This document shows, piece after piece, positions 1 to 13,075 of a DNA stretch of 64,000 bases. This stretch comes from the human T2T-CHM13v2.0 reference genome, Homo sapiens: the NCBI RefSeq assembly GCF_009914755.1, contig NC_060933.1; one strand, 5' to 3'. The notes under the pieces are model-generated. The model was not told where the DNA came from. It did not search any database and saw nothing but the letters and a program-made list of their open reading frames with translations. The first letter of the stretch is position 1. Every line of letters starts with the position of its first letter. The translations under genes and the position numbers were made by a program.

Positions 1-482
1 AACTCTGGGGATGAAGGGGAAGTAAAAGAACCCCTGAAGGAATTTTCAAGGGTCTGCGACCAATACAGACACGAACTGACAGGCTTATCCCTTAACTGGA
101 CAGAGACACCTGTTGTGACTACTTCCAGTCTCTGTATCAGCCAGAATTCCAGCTCCTACTAGAAAGCTTTCTGGGTTATGGAGAAATGAAGTTACATTTT
201 CCCTCATGAGTTTGTGATTTAAAAATTTATACCTGCAGAATGATTCTGACGGATTTGCTCAAGTGGCTTTTGTCAGGGTTATAGTCAGTATCTTCTCTAG
301 CCTCAAATTAATGAGATGTTGTTGAGGATGACTTAAAATTTTCTTTGAAAGTCTGAAACATGATGCAGAATGCTTGCACCAAAAGAGTTTTACATTTTCC
401 CCACGCTTGTACTTACTAGAGCCAAGTACATCAAAGGTGTGAGTTAAAACCCGTGATGCAGGGAACTCTGACACTTGTGATA

Positions 483-929
483 ACATGGATGAACCTGGAG
501 GACATTATGTTAAGTGAAATAAACCAGGCACAGAGAGACAAATACCATATAGTCTCACTTACATGTGGAATTTAAAGACAGTGCTCACAGAAGTAGAGAG
601 TAGAATGGTGGTTACCAGACGCTAGAGGAGAGGGTGGATAGGGAAGGGGGAGATGTTGGTCAGTAGGTACATAGTTTTGGGTAGATAGGAATAATAATTT
701 CTGTTGTTCTTTTGCACAGCATAGTGAATAGAGTTAATAAGTGTTGTCTGTTTTGAAATATATGAGAGAATTTTAACTATTCTCACCGCTAAAAGAATGA
801 TACATATTTGAGGTGACTGATATGTTGATTAGCCTGATTCGATCATTTTACAGTGTATGCATGTATCCAAACATCACATTGCACCTCATAAAAATGTACA
901 ATTATTATTCATCAATTAAAAATAAAAGT
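483..929 (+). mobile_element. L1MA-type LINE-1 3' end fragment
   Basis: acatggatgaacctggaggacattatgttaagtgaaataaaccaggcacag...gtagagagtagaatggtggttaccaga...caattaaaaataaaa is an L1MA 3' UTR signature. Confidence 0.85.
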
Positions 930-933
930 TAAA

Positions 934-1560
934 CATGGGAGTTAGCAAACTTCTGCTGTAAAGAGACAGATGGAAAATGATTTTGGTATTGTGGACCATG
1001 TAAGGTCTCTGTTACATTTCTTTTTTTTCTTTTTTCTTTCTCTGTCTTCCCTCCCTCCCTCCCTCCCTCCCTTCCTCCTCCTTCTCCTTCCTTCCTTCCT
1101 TGCTTTTTTCCTTCCCTCTTTTTTTCTTTTCCCCTCTTCTCTCTTTCTCTTTCTTTTTCTGAAACACAGTCTTGCTCTGTTGCCCAGGTTTGGAGTACAG
1201 TGGCAAGATCACAGCTTAGTGTAGCCTCAACCTCCGTGGGCTCAGGTGATCCTCCCACCCCAGCCTCCCGAGTAGCTGGGACCACAGTCACATGTCATAA
1301 CACCCAGCGAACATTTATATTTTTTGTAAAGATGGGATCTCATTATGTTGCTCAGGCTGGTCTTGAATTCCTGGGCTCAAGCAGTCCAGCCACCTCAGCG
1401 TCCCAAAATGTTGGGATTACAGGCCTGAGCCACCATACCCAGCCCCCACCCTCTTTGTTTTTTTTTTTTTAAATGCAACGCTTTACAAATGTAAAACCAT
1501 TCTTAGTTCTCTGGCTATATAAAGCAGGTCATAATCTAGATTTTGGCTGCCAGACCTAAT
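934..1560 (+). mobile_element. MER58B-like hAT-Charlie relic split by an AluJ insertion
   Basis: 5' part gttagcaaacttctgctgtaaagagacagatgg...ggtctctgttaca (934-1017); 3' part tttacaaatgtaaaaccattcttagttctctggc (~1470-1560). Confidence 0.6.
1018..1444 (-). mobile_element. AluJ with an expanded CT-rich (tail-derived) tract
   Basis: Reverse Alu body 1153-1444 (gcctcaacctccgtgggctcaggtgatcctcccacc; gggattacaggcctgagccacc); pyrimidine tract 1018-1160. Confidence 0.9.
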
Positions 1561-1739
1561 CTAGATTTTTACTAAGCCTACATGCTAAATATGTCTGGCA
1601 CTTTCCCTTAAAAAGCTCTCAGCATTTATCACATGCCTGTGTGCTTACTAGGTGTTTGTATGCTTTTCTTACGCTTTGTGCAATTCTAACTTCCTTGAAG
1701 GAAGGGTGCTATCTTATCCTTAGTGATTAGGGATAAGCT

Positions 1740-1912
1740 TGGAATCATCCAGGCTCTACCCCTTACTAGCTGTGTAACTTTGGACAAATTCCTTTATCTC
1801 CCTGAGTTTTTGTTTCCTCAGTTATAAAATGGGATTAGTAAAGTACCTATCATGAAACAGTTAACTTGAGTAAAATAGGTTGTGAAGATTAAATGAATTA
1901 ATACACATAAAA
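1740..1912 (+). mobile_element. MIR SINE
   Basis: cttactagctgtgtaactttggacaaattcc...tttcctcagttataaaatggga...ttgtgaagattaaatga MIR core. Confidence 0.75.
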
Positions 1913-1927
1913 TAATTAGGTTATGTT

Positions 1928-2368
1928 ACATCAATGTTCAGAGCAGGTGTATCCACAAGAGCCAAAAGAGAAACAACCCAAATTTCCATTGATGGACAAA
2001 CGGAGAAGCCTAGTGCAGTGTAGGAAGAAAATTCTGGCCCGTACTGTAACACAGATGAACTTTCAAGACATTATGCTAAGGAAAATAAGCTAGACACAAA
2101 AGGACAACTACTACGTTATTCATTTATATGAGGTACCTAGAGTAGTGAAATTCATAGAGACAAGAAATAGAATAGTGGTTGCCAGGGGCTGGTAATGGAG
2201 GTTATTGTTAGTGGGTTCAGAGTTTTCATTTGGGAAGGTGAAACAGCTCTAGAGATGGATGGTAGTGATGGTTGCACAATGTGAATGTACTTAATGCTAC
2301 TGAACTTTACATATAAAACAGTTCAAATGGTAAATTTCATGTGATGTGTATTACCATAATTAAAAAAT
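1928..2368 (+). mobile_element. L1MB-type 3' end fragment
   Basis: gacattatgctaaggaaaataagctagacacaaaaggacaactac...tagagatggatggtagtgatggttgcacaatgtgaatgtacttaatgctactgaac. Confidence 0.8.
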
Positions 2369-2439
2369 TAGTATATGATCTGATCCAAAGTAGCTAAAAT
2401 CTACTGAGTGCTGCTGAAGCAAAAATTATAATTAGTAGC

Positions 2440-2754
2440 TTTTTTTTTAATTTGTTTTGTTTTGTTTTGGTTTTTGAGATGGAGCCTCACCCTGTCACCC
2501 AGGCTGGAGTGCAGTGACGTGATCTCGGCTGACTGCAACCTCCGCTTCCTGGGTTCAAGCTATTCTCCTGCCTCAGCCTTCTGAGTAACTGGGATTACAG
2601 GTGCGCGCCACCACGCCTGGCTAATTTTTTGTATTTTTAGTAGAGACGGGGTTTCACCATGTTGGCCAGGCTCAACTCCTGACCTCGTGATCCGCCTCGG
2701 CCACCTTGGCCTCCCAAAGTGCTGGGATTACAGGCGTGAGCCACCGCGCCCGGC
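2440..2754 (-). mobile_element. AluS
   Basis: Full reverse Alu; TSD aattagtag at 2430-2438 and 2755-2763. Confidence 0.93.
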
Positions 2755-3730
2755 AATTAGTAGTATCAACAGTGGGAGTAAAAGTGGCAGTTAAGCACAT
2801 TGTTTCACAACATCTAGCTCAGAGCCATGACAAAGCAAACATTAAATAATATGTATAGATGGAATTAAACTTAAGCTTCTGTAGTAGAATAATTCAGAAT
2901 AAAACATGAAATAATGCCAGGTAATGTCAGTTGTTACCAAAGAAATGTCCAAACTCTGAAAGAGCTTGTTAAATTAGGTTATGGCAGCCCACGGTGCAGG
3001 GGAGGGGACCGTCAGGTGATGTTTAAGTAGTTTACATGGACTGAATGAATCCCCTATGGTTCCATTTAAATTGGCCACCACACTGCCAGGCATATGACAT
3101 TGGCAACTTAAACTCGACAGAGAAACCTCTAAGAATAAGATTAATGCATTTCTCATTCTCTGTGTCACAATTATTCAATTTAAAAAAACAGGAAAATATC
3201 AAAAATCTTTTTATGAAATGGCTGTACCAGTTTTACCTTCTACAGTATAAATGCAATATGGCTTTTGGTGCATTTAAATTAATTTTATAAGGAGTCCCAA
3301 TCAGCTGATGAGTAGTTTTAGAATTGTTCCTATAATTGTCAACCTGGAGAGCTCTTCACTATTTTATTCATACTTCACTGAAAATTAAAGTTCAGTTTTA
3401 TGCCTAATTTTATACATAACGTGTTGTAAAACATCACCATTTGGGTGATGTGTGTATATGTGTATTTTCCTTCCAATAGGATATATATGTGTATTTTCTA
3501 TTTATAACTAGCTGACACAGGACCATTCTCATAATCCCATTTGATTTTTGTATTTGTCAGTAGATATAACAATCTCCCTTTGGTTCAGATTGAAAAAACG
3601 GAAAATGATGATGATGATGATGATGATTGTTGACTGTGCTGATAATTCTTTGTATACCATTATTTTAGCTTTAAACTATTTTAAGTGTGGTCCAGTACAA
3701 AAGCTGCTTAAGTCAGATACCCCAGTCTCT

Positions 3731-3832
3731 ATGATGTGATTATTATGTATTACATGCCTGTATCAAAATATCTCATGTACCCTATAAATACATACAACTA
3801 CTACATACCCACAAAAATTAAAAATTAAAAAG
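3731..3832 (+). mobile_element. Short L1MA/L1PB 3' terminal fragment
   Basis: gatgtgattattatgtattacatgcctgtatcaaaatatctcatgtaccctataaatac...cccacaaaaattaaaaatt; flanked by a repeated aagtcagat (possible TSD). Confidence 0.7.
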
Positions 3833-4749
3833 GAAAATAAACCAGAAAAAAGTCAGATTTTTAAAAAATTTTACATTTCATTATATTTAGAAAACTTAGC
3901 TTTATGGGGTTTTAGAGAACATGGTTTTTCTTCCATGTACCTTCCTATTTATTTTTTATGATGCTCAAAGTTGCTAAGTTTCCACATATTTTAGTAAGAA
4001 TTAGCAATGCCCTGAATTCCATAGCTTTCATAAAGGATTACCTGTGTACCATCTCATCGCCACCTCTTTCCTATTACAGGAAAGCAATAAGAAGATATTC
4101 TGTAGTTAATTTAGATTGCTTGCCAAAATAGTTTTAAACTGATTTGTAATTTTTCCTAAACCAGAATGAGGAATTGTATAGTTTAAAGTATTAATATATA
4201 TGAAATTGTCACACTACGTTTCAGATGCTTAGGAAATGTAGAGAAATTATTGTAAAATACATTTTAGAAAAGATGTTGCAACAAGATGAGGACAGAAGTC
4301 TGTGAAGTGTTGTGAGGAGGGCCCAGGGAAGCAGGAGGAAGGTGGGGAGACCACAGGATGACCTGGAGCCAAAGAAGAAGGGCCCAGGTCCCAGGGTCTC
4401 TACAGCACTGCCGGCCTTCCAGCCACAGTTTTTCTCAATCTTCCTGTCATATCCCTCAAGGAAGTAAGTGGACATTGTAAAGAGCGAGTAATTATAGCAC
4501 AACAAAAATCAAAAGTCATGATTCTGGAAAGCATTATCAATAAAAAATGGAGAAATAGTTGACATCTCTTCATGTTTCCTCTGGAAATTTCTGATTATGT
4601 ATGTATACTCTTCCACTCTAATATCCAAACAACTCTCTTACTTCTTCATGCAAAGAAACATGAAAGAATGAAAAGGTTCATCACAAATGTATGATTAATT
4701 TTGTATATATAATTTTGCAAATTAATAGATTTTAATGTGTTCAATAAAT

Positions 4750-4817
4750 GTACATAAATACACATGTATGTATATATCTGTGTGTGTGTATGTACTATGT
4801 ACTAAATATATACTATA

Positions 4818-4854
<37 letters not shown>

Positions 4855-5012
4855 TTAGAGAGAGTCAGTGTGTACTTAATAGTCAAATCCAAATTTCAAG
4901 AACTTTATAGTTTATGTAATGGCACCAGTTTTCCTGAAGCTGAATGTATGTGTGTGTGTGTGTGTGTGTGTATTCAGTTGCAGGAATATATACATATATA
5001 CGGTCAGTGTGA

Positions 5013-5057
<45 letters not shown>

Positions 5058-5375
5058 TATGTCAGTACATACATGGTCAGTGTGTGTGCATATAAACACA
5101 CATATATGTCAGTACATATACACATATACATATATGTTAGTGTATACTAACTGTATACTGACTATATATAGTCATAGTCATATATACTGACTATAGTCAT
5201 AGTCATATACTGACTATATATGTCAGTATATACATACATATATATTTCAGTATATATATGTATGTATACTGACATATAGGTATAGTCAGATTGTGTATAT
5301 TCAGCTGCAGGAAAATTGGTGCCATTATATAAAATATGAAATTCTTGAAATTTGGATTTGACTATTAAACCTGAC
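4750..5375. repeat. (TG)n/(TA)n/(CA)n low-complexity block enclosed by a 70-bp inverted repeat
   Basis: Dinucleotide runs; arms 4876-4945 and 5299-5368 are reverse complements at 64/70 positions. Confidence 0.9.
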
Positions 5376-6619
5376 TTTGTTGTCATTAAGTTTACATTGA
5401 TATTTCCTGGAATTGCACATTGCTAAATTTTTCTGCAAAACCAAGATTTCTAAAATATGATGGGGCATTTGATACAAGAAAAGGCAAATAAAGAAAAAGT
5501 AGAGCTCCATTTGTCATTCTTCTTAAGTGTCTCCTTAAGAAAACTATGTGATCCAAAGTTATTTAGACAAAAGCTTAAGAAATAAAACACTTAGTAACTC
5601 ACGCTAGTACTTGATTATTCTTTTGCTTATCAAGTTTTCTTCTTTTTATGATTATTATACCTTTAATTGCGAACATTCATTGGATTGGCTCAGTAGCATT
5701 TTATGTGAGACAACTTTCCATTTTAATAAGTACATATTCTCCTTCGTTAATGTGAAATAGAAGTGCAGGAGTAGGGATGAAATGGATAATTTTGCTAGAA
5801 GCAAATTGAAACTGGCTAGGCAAAAGCGTATATGTATTTTGCCCTCTTTTTCTGTTTTTAGAAAGTGCTTGCGTTAACTCTCATTCTCAGCCAGAAGCGT
5901 TAATGATTCAAACGGGCTGTATATATTGAAAACCATGAACTCTCACGTGCAGAGTACAATCAGGGAGCAAGCCCGTGGGTTTGAATGGAAATTAACGTTG
6001 GTGTATGGGAATGAATTTCATAGACAAGGATAATTTAGAAACCTATGTGATAAACTGCAAACACAGAGCAAATGGAAACATATTGGATCTTTTCCCTCCA
6101 CTCCTCATATTTCTCCACTATTCAGATGTCCTTCCATGTGATCATGCTTTCTTGGCACACTGACTAGGTTCAGTGATTAAGAGGCAGAGAAAATAATTAC
6201 TGAATATTTTTAATACAAAATGAATAGCTCAGGATATTTGTAAGGGCTTTTCAATATCAAGATATTTATTTCCCACATTAGAAAGTATAACTCCTAATGA
6301 AAACTTGGCACCATAGTTTAAAATCATATTAATAAATAAAAGCAAAATTCTTACATTGGGGAAATGACCCATAAATGGTTTGTTATAGTATGCGATCTTT
6401 AACTACTTGAAATTTCCACTATTCTGCACAGTGCAATATCCCAAAACAGAATAGGATGTGAGATTTCATTGTTTTGTATGAGGAATCTAGAGGAAAGAAA
6501 TTGATAAAAATGTATGCAATAATTTAAAAATATAAAGAGTATCAATCTCTGATAGAATAATGTAAATGTAGCAAATATTTAAGATAACTAATCTAATAAG
6601 AATTAAATTCCCCTACATT

Positions 6620-6976
<357 letters not shown>

Positions 6977-7524
6977 TAGGTCAGAAGCTACACTAAGCTT
7001 CCCAATGTGCCTAGGTGTTAGATGTGCCAATTTACATATGCAACAAAGGACCTGAAAAGTAGAACATTAATACAACAGAAAATATTTTGCCTGAGGATAT
7101 TGTTTACTAAATTTTTTATCTGTGCCTTTTAATAGTTCTTAGAATTAGTAAGTCCAATGGCATTCTATTTTTATGCTTTTTTTTCCTCAGATTTGTAGCA
7201 TATGACAATGTGAATATGTTACAAATGTTGAATGATTCAGCTGACTACAGGCCAAACAAAATAGCATCAGGTTATCTATAGCAAAATGTGTTTCGGTTGA
7301 AGAAATATGTAGATTTTAAAGAAATTAATCTTACTTACGCAAAGAGTATGCTTCAGCAGCATATGTAACTTTAAAATTCATCTAAAATAGGTTGTTAGTA
7401 CTATGACAGGAAGTGGCATTCAAACAAACAAAATATTCATAAGGATGTTAATACAGATTAGACATGAGAACAAGAAATATTTGGCTGGTCTGATTCTCTT
7501 GGGTCACTTTAAAAATTATTTTTA

Positions 7525-8150
7525 AAATTTTTGAAATTGAGGCATAACTTAAAATACAATTAAATGCATAAAGTGTGCCATTTGGTTAATATTTACAGAT
7601 GTATACGCCTGTATTACCAGAGCCCAGATCAAGTTACAGATCAGTTCATCACCCCCTTACCATTTGTTAATACTTTTTATTGATTATCTAGGCACCTCCC
7701 ACCTATCACTGTTCTACTTTCTGTCATATTATTTAGGTTGGCTTGTGCTTTTGAACTTACAAAAAGTCATACAGTACCAGAATCATACAGAAGCTTTTGT
7801 ATCCAGCTCCCTTTAGGGAGCATAAGGTTTCTGAGATCCATCCATGTTGTTGCGTGGATTTGTGGCACATTTCCTTCTATTGCTGAGTAGATTTCAATTG
7901 TGCTGTTTGTTTATCCATTCTTTTTAAAATGGACACTTGTGGCTTGTTTCCAGTATGGATCTATTATGAATAAATTTCTACAAACATTATTTTACATCGC
8001 TTTTGGGAGTGGAATTTCAGTATGTGAAACTCTAAAGAAACTGTCAAACTATTTTCAAAAGCCCTTGAACATGTTATACTCCCATTGCCAATGTGTGTCA
8101 ATTCCAGTTGCTTCTTATCCTGGTCAACATTTGGTATTAAAATCATTAAC
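7525..8150 (-). mobile_element. Old L1 (L1ME/L1MD-like) 3' fragments
   Basis: tctgagatccatccatgttgttgcgtgg...ttgctgagtag...tggacacttgtggcttgtttccag. Confidence 0.6.
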
Positions 8151-9112
8151 CATTAGAGAAATATAAGTTAATATCATAGAGAGATAATATGTTCTCTAGG
8201 ATGGCTAAAATTAAAGAATGGCAACACCTGTGAACTATATTACTCATGGCACCACAAACAACAACATGAGTTTCAGCTTATTTGTATCTGTCTCCTTTGC
8301 CCCTGAGGCCCACAGGGTCAATGCAATAGGGCACGTATGAATATTACACTCATAGCAGACTTGTATTGCAGCTGAGAAATAATGAGCTTGGGGAATCTAC
8401 TGCAGTTATAGCAAGTAGTAAGTGAGAAGGCTCTTTGTGTGGAAGAAAATGTAACCTCACCTCTCAAGGTTACCAGCTGCATAAACAACCATGAAAAAAG
8501 GGTCCATAAAAGAGCTTTTAGGCCTTTGTAGTCTTAGCAGACCCAACAAAACATGTAGGAGTGCAAGCTGCTTAAAGTGGACTGTCTCTCCATACATTAT
8601 TGTGTATGGATAACATGTTCCTATATGGAGATCTTCTAAGAAATCTAGAAATCTAAAAGACACCAACTAATAAGTGAATTTTAGCAAGTTAACAGGATAC
8701 AAGGTTAATATACAAAAATCAATTCTTTTTTATGTAGTAGTAACAATCTGATTATCAAATTAAGAAAAGAATTTCATTCACAATAGCATTAAAAATAAAA
8801 TACTTAAATGTAGATCTTACGAAAGGTGTGCAGGACCTGTTCATGGAACACTATAAAACATAGCTATTAGAAAATAAAGAAGACTCAAATAAATTGAGAG
8901 ACACACTATGTTTATAGATTGGAAGAAACTGGAATTGTCCTAATTGTAATAATCCTAATTGTCATACTTTGTTGGTGGGAATGTAAATGGTGCCACCACC
9001 TTGGAGAATAGTTTGGCAGTTTCTTAAAAAGTAAAAGCATGTACTTACCATATAACCTAGCAATTCCACTCCAAAAAATATATGTCCACTCTAAGACTTA
9101 AATGTTCATAGA

Positions 9113-9462
9113 GGCTGGGCACAGTGGCTCACACCTGTAATGCCGCCAGTTTGAGAGGGCGAGGTGGGTGGATTACTTGAGGTCAGGAGTTTGAGACCAG
9201 CCTGGCCAACATGGCGAAACCCTGTGTCCACTAAAAATACAAAAATTAGCTGGACGTGGTGGTGCACACCAGGAATCCTAGCTACTCGGGTAGCTGAGGC
9301 AGGAGAATCGCTTGAACCTGGGAGGTGGAGGTTGCAGTGAGCTGAGATTGCATTGAATCTTGGCCTGGGCAACAGAGCGAGACTCCGCCTGTTGTAAAAT
9401 GTAAAAAAAAAAATGTAAAAAAAAAAATGTAAATGCAAAAATGTAAAAAATGTAAAAAAAAA
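9113..9462 (+). mobile_element. AluS with a (TGTAAAAA)n-patterned tail
   Basis: ggctgggcacagtggctcacacctgtaat...gggcaacagagcgagactcc, followed by repeated tgtaaaa units. Confidence 0.92.
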
Positions 9463-9508
9463 TTTATATATATATATATATATTCATAGCAACATTATTC
9501 ATAGTAGA

Positions 9509-9869
9509 TGATATGGTTTGGCTGTGTCCCCACTCAGATCTCATCTTGAATTGTAGCTCTCATAATTCCTAGGTGTTGTGGGAGGGACCCAGTGGGAGAT
9601 AACTGAATCATGGGGGCGGTTTCCCCCATACTGTTCTCGTAGTTGAGAATCAATCTCACAAGGTCTGATGGTTTTATAAGGGGGACCCCCTTTTGCTTGA
9701 TAGTCATTCTCTCTTGTTTGCTGCCACGTAAAATATGCTTTTCGCCTTCTGCCATGATTGTGAGGCCTCCTCAGCCACATGGAAATGTGAATCCATTAAA
9801 CCTTTTTTCTTTATGAATTACCCAGTCTCAGATATGTCTTCATCAGCAGTGTGAAAATGGACTAATACA
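9509..9869 (+). mobile_element. THE1 (THE1B/C-like) MaLR solo LTR
   Basis: Starts tgatatggtttggctgtgtcccc and ends ggactaataca; 361 bp; perfect 5-bp TSD gtaga at 9504-9508 and 9870-9874. Confidence 0.93.
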
Positions 9870-11789
9870 GTAGACAAAAACTGGAAACAACTCAAATGTC
9901 CATCAGCCACTGAATGGATAACCACAATGTGGCATATTCATTGAACTGGTTGCTATTTAGTAATAAAATTAAAGCTACTGATAGGCCATGATTTCTTTAT
10001 GTACTTAATTGTTGCTTAATGTTACCAATTACTCTTAATGAAGAATGCCGTCCCACTCCTCTCTAGGATTTTCGCATCACTCTCTTACAGTTTGCGTTCT
10101 TCCTTCTAAAAATGTTGTCCTTTCACTTTTTTCCTGTTCAAAAAAATCCAGTGATACATGTGACAGCTCAACTGTCATGCAATTCTTGGCAAGAAAGGTG
10201 AGGTTGAATAGGAAACTTCCTGTTTACCAGAGGCAACTGGAATCACTCAAGAATAAAGGGACACTGTATTCACCATCATATTGCCAGCTTCTGCTCCGGA
10301 GAGATGAAGTACATGTCTTTAATATATTCTTCCTGATAAGTACATTTTAAAAGGCACTTTATATATAAAATAAACATAAGAATGAAAAAATGTAGGGAAG
10401 ACAGACCATCTAGGAACCTGAGGAATTGAGGAAATTATAGAGATAGAAAACAAATTAGTGGTTGCTATGTATAACTGTAAAGGGTACCAATGAGGAGGAT
10501 TGTCGTGGTAGTGAAGTCATTCTCTTTCTTGATTGTGGTGGGGGTTACGGACCCTAAACGTGTCATACAACTGGATAGATACATCGTTTCCTGGTTTTGA
10601 TATTGTACTGTAATTTTATAAGATGTAACCATTGGTAGAAACTAGGTGAAGAGTACACATCACTTCTCTGTACTGTCTTTGCCAATTCATGTGAAGCTGT
10701 ATTTCAAAATAATTTTTTTCTTAAATAACATTTAAATTCTGACTGGCAGTTTAATTTGTGCTTCAAAACTGATTCAAAAGGACTATGACCAATGATGAAA
10801 ATGGTAAATTACAACAATTGGTCCTATAACCAACTCTCCTACATTAGTTATTAAAGTCAGTGTTAAGGGAGGCATTCCAGAACTTCTATAGGACATGGTG
10901 CAGATTCACCTATTTTCTTTCACATTAATTTTTGCCAACTGGATTTTTTTAGGTTGTCATATTTTTTCCAAAGAATTCAGTGGGACAAACGTTAGCAGAA
11001 TTCTGATGCCCCACATTGTCCCTGTTGTGTGCTTGCCTCTAAAAAAATTCCTCTGTTAATAGCAACTTAAAATAAACATTATTGTAATGTTTAGAGGACA
11101 TTCCTTTTGCATCATATTTTGATAGTGTCCTGTTACATGCAATAATAAATGCATGTCTCTCTTCATATGAGGCTTTAACAGCAATTTCATAAACTATAAT
11201 TAGTTTAACTACATAATATCCTTAGGAAAAATGTAAATATTACCATCTCTTTTTTTTTAGGGGGTGGACTAGGGGATTTTGGTTGACTGAGCAATCAATC
11301 ACATACAGATGGATAATTTGATATTCACTAAAATATTCACTTCTCAGCATTTCACTCTCGTGTTTCCTTGCATGACATCAATTGTCATTTAATAAGAAAG
11401 ACAAATACACGTGTTTAATCACTCCCTGAAGAAAGTAAACACACTATCTGTGGGAAATGGAACACAATGAGAGGCGTGCCGTCAGCCTCAGGGTGCCCTG
11501 ACTCCATTCCAGCCCTCTCCTCATATGCCCCATTTGCACATCACCCATCACTTTTGCCTAATTGTTTCTACTCACCAAGTGAAGATAATGGCTTCTTTGC
11601 CTGCTCAAGTGATAATGTGAGATTATATGTCTCATCAGATACTTTATTGGATGAATGAAAAAATGCACAATGATGGTTTTATTAAATTATGCAGTTAGTT
11701 ACCAAGATGAATGGAACTACACCTATGCAAAAATCAAGATGTGGAGATAAGGGAGGTTATAGGCTGAGTCATTTAACCTTTAGGGCTCT

Positions 11790-13075
11790 TTCTGATATTT
11801 TCTGTGAGGGCCAAATAGAGTTCTCAGTGGACTGCATGTGAGTTTCTGCCCATGGCCTGTGGAGCAAGTGCCTGCAAGAGGGAACACTCCCCCAACTTCT
11901 GGGGTGATAAAGGATTTCTCACTGTCCCACCAGCCTGCACAGTAGGTTTCACCATTTTGTTAACTATTCCAGCTGAACTTTTCTTACTGACCTCTGGTTT
12001 CATCTATCTAAGGTGAGCTCCTGCTCACATCTCTCCCTGCGAGGTTCATATCTCTTTAGATTTTAGGCCAGGTGGTGGTTCTGCAAGCTCAACTCTCCAA
12101 TGCATTTGTAAAAGATCATGAACTTGAAGTTTGTTGTAAGGGTGGAAATGAGGCTCCTTATAGCTTTCTACTTCCTGGGGCAGAAGCCAGAAGTTCCAGC
12201 CCATAGATTTTGATAAGTTGTATTTTCATTTTCATTCAGCTTGAAATACTTGCTAATTTCCCTTTTAGTTTCTTCTTTGATTCATTGAGTATGAAGTATG
12301 TGTTATTAGTTTCCTAATATTCCTGGATTTTTCAGAGAAGTTGCTATTGCTGATTTCTTATTTTAATCTATTGTATATCACAAAGATATACTTTACATGA
12401 CTTAAATGATTTTAACTTTGTTGAAACTTGTTTAATGACTCGTTTAATGGTCTATTTTGGTAAAAGTTCCAAATGAACTCGAAAAAGAATACATGTTCTT
12501 CTGTTAGGTGAAACATTCCATAAATATCAATGAATCATATAGGTTGATAGTGATAATTAATACTTCTGAATCCCTATTTTCTGTCTTCTTGTGCAATCAG
12601 TTACTGAGACGGGGTGCTAGAATCTCCTACTGTCATTGTGGATTTATCTATTTCATTCAGTTTTACTAGATTTCATTTCGTGTATTTTGAAGCTCTGTTA
12701 TTAAGTGTTTGCATGTTTAGGATTATGTTCTCTGATGAAAGAACATCTTAATCATTACAAAATAATTTTCTTTACCTTTTATAATAATTTTTGCACTGAA
12801 ATATACTTTGTTTAATATAGCCAATCCAGCTTTTTTAAAAACTATTATTAGCATAATACATATTTTTCCATGTGTTTACACTTAGGCTATTTGAGCCTTT
12901 TTTATTTAAAGTGTGTTTCTTGTAGGCAACATATAGTTGGATCTTACTTTCTCATCTAATCTGACCATCATTGCCATTTAATAAGAGTGTTTGCACTACT
13001 TACCTTTAATATGATTGTTTATATGATTAATTTTAAGTCTAACATCTACTATTTGTTTTTTGTTTATTCTTTGTC
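11790..13075 (-). mobile_element. Old L1 (L1M) fragments including the ORF2 5' region
   Basis: gattttgataagttgtattttcattttcattcag; gttactgagacggggtgctagaatctcctactgtcattgtggatttatc; gtttcttgtaggcaacatatagttggatc. Confidence 0.65.

Larger units (their letters stand above)
8605..10715 (+). mobile_element. Fragmented old L1 (L1MC/MD-like ORF2 to 3' UTR) interrupted by an Alu and a THE1 LTR
   Basis: ORF2-like tttagcaagttaacaggatacaaggttaatatacaaaaatcaa; gggaatgtaaatggtgc...; ctggaaacaactcaaatgtccatca resumes after the LTR; 3' UTR gatgtaaccattggtagaaactaggtgaagagtaca. Confidence 0.65.

Noticed and set aside
929-1472. Alu-derived ORFs (also 9106-9438, 16061-16427, 19415-19934, 52394-52750, 59684-60045)
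   Set aside because: Translations are standard Alu or low-complexity peptides, not genes
3605-3628. (ATG/GAT)n runs here and at ~13888 and ~52853
   Set aside because: Short ordinary trinucleotide microsatellites; the poly-Met ORF is an artefact
4735-5386. ORFs on opposite strands sharing LIVKSKFQE
   Set aside because: Explained by the inverted repeat and stop-free dinucleotide runs
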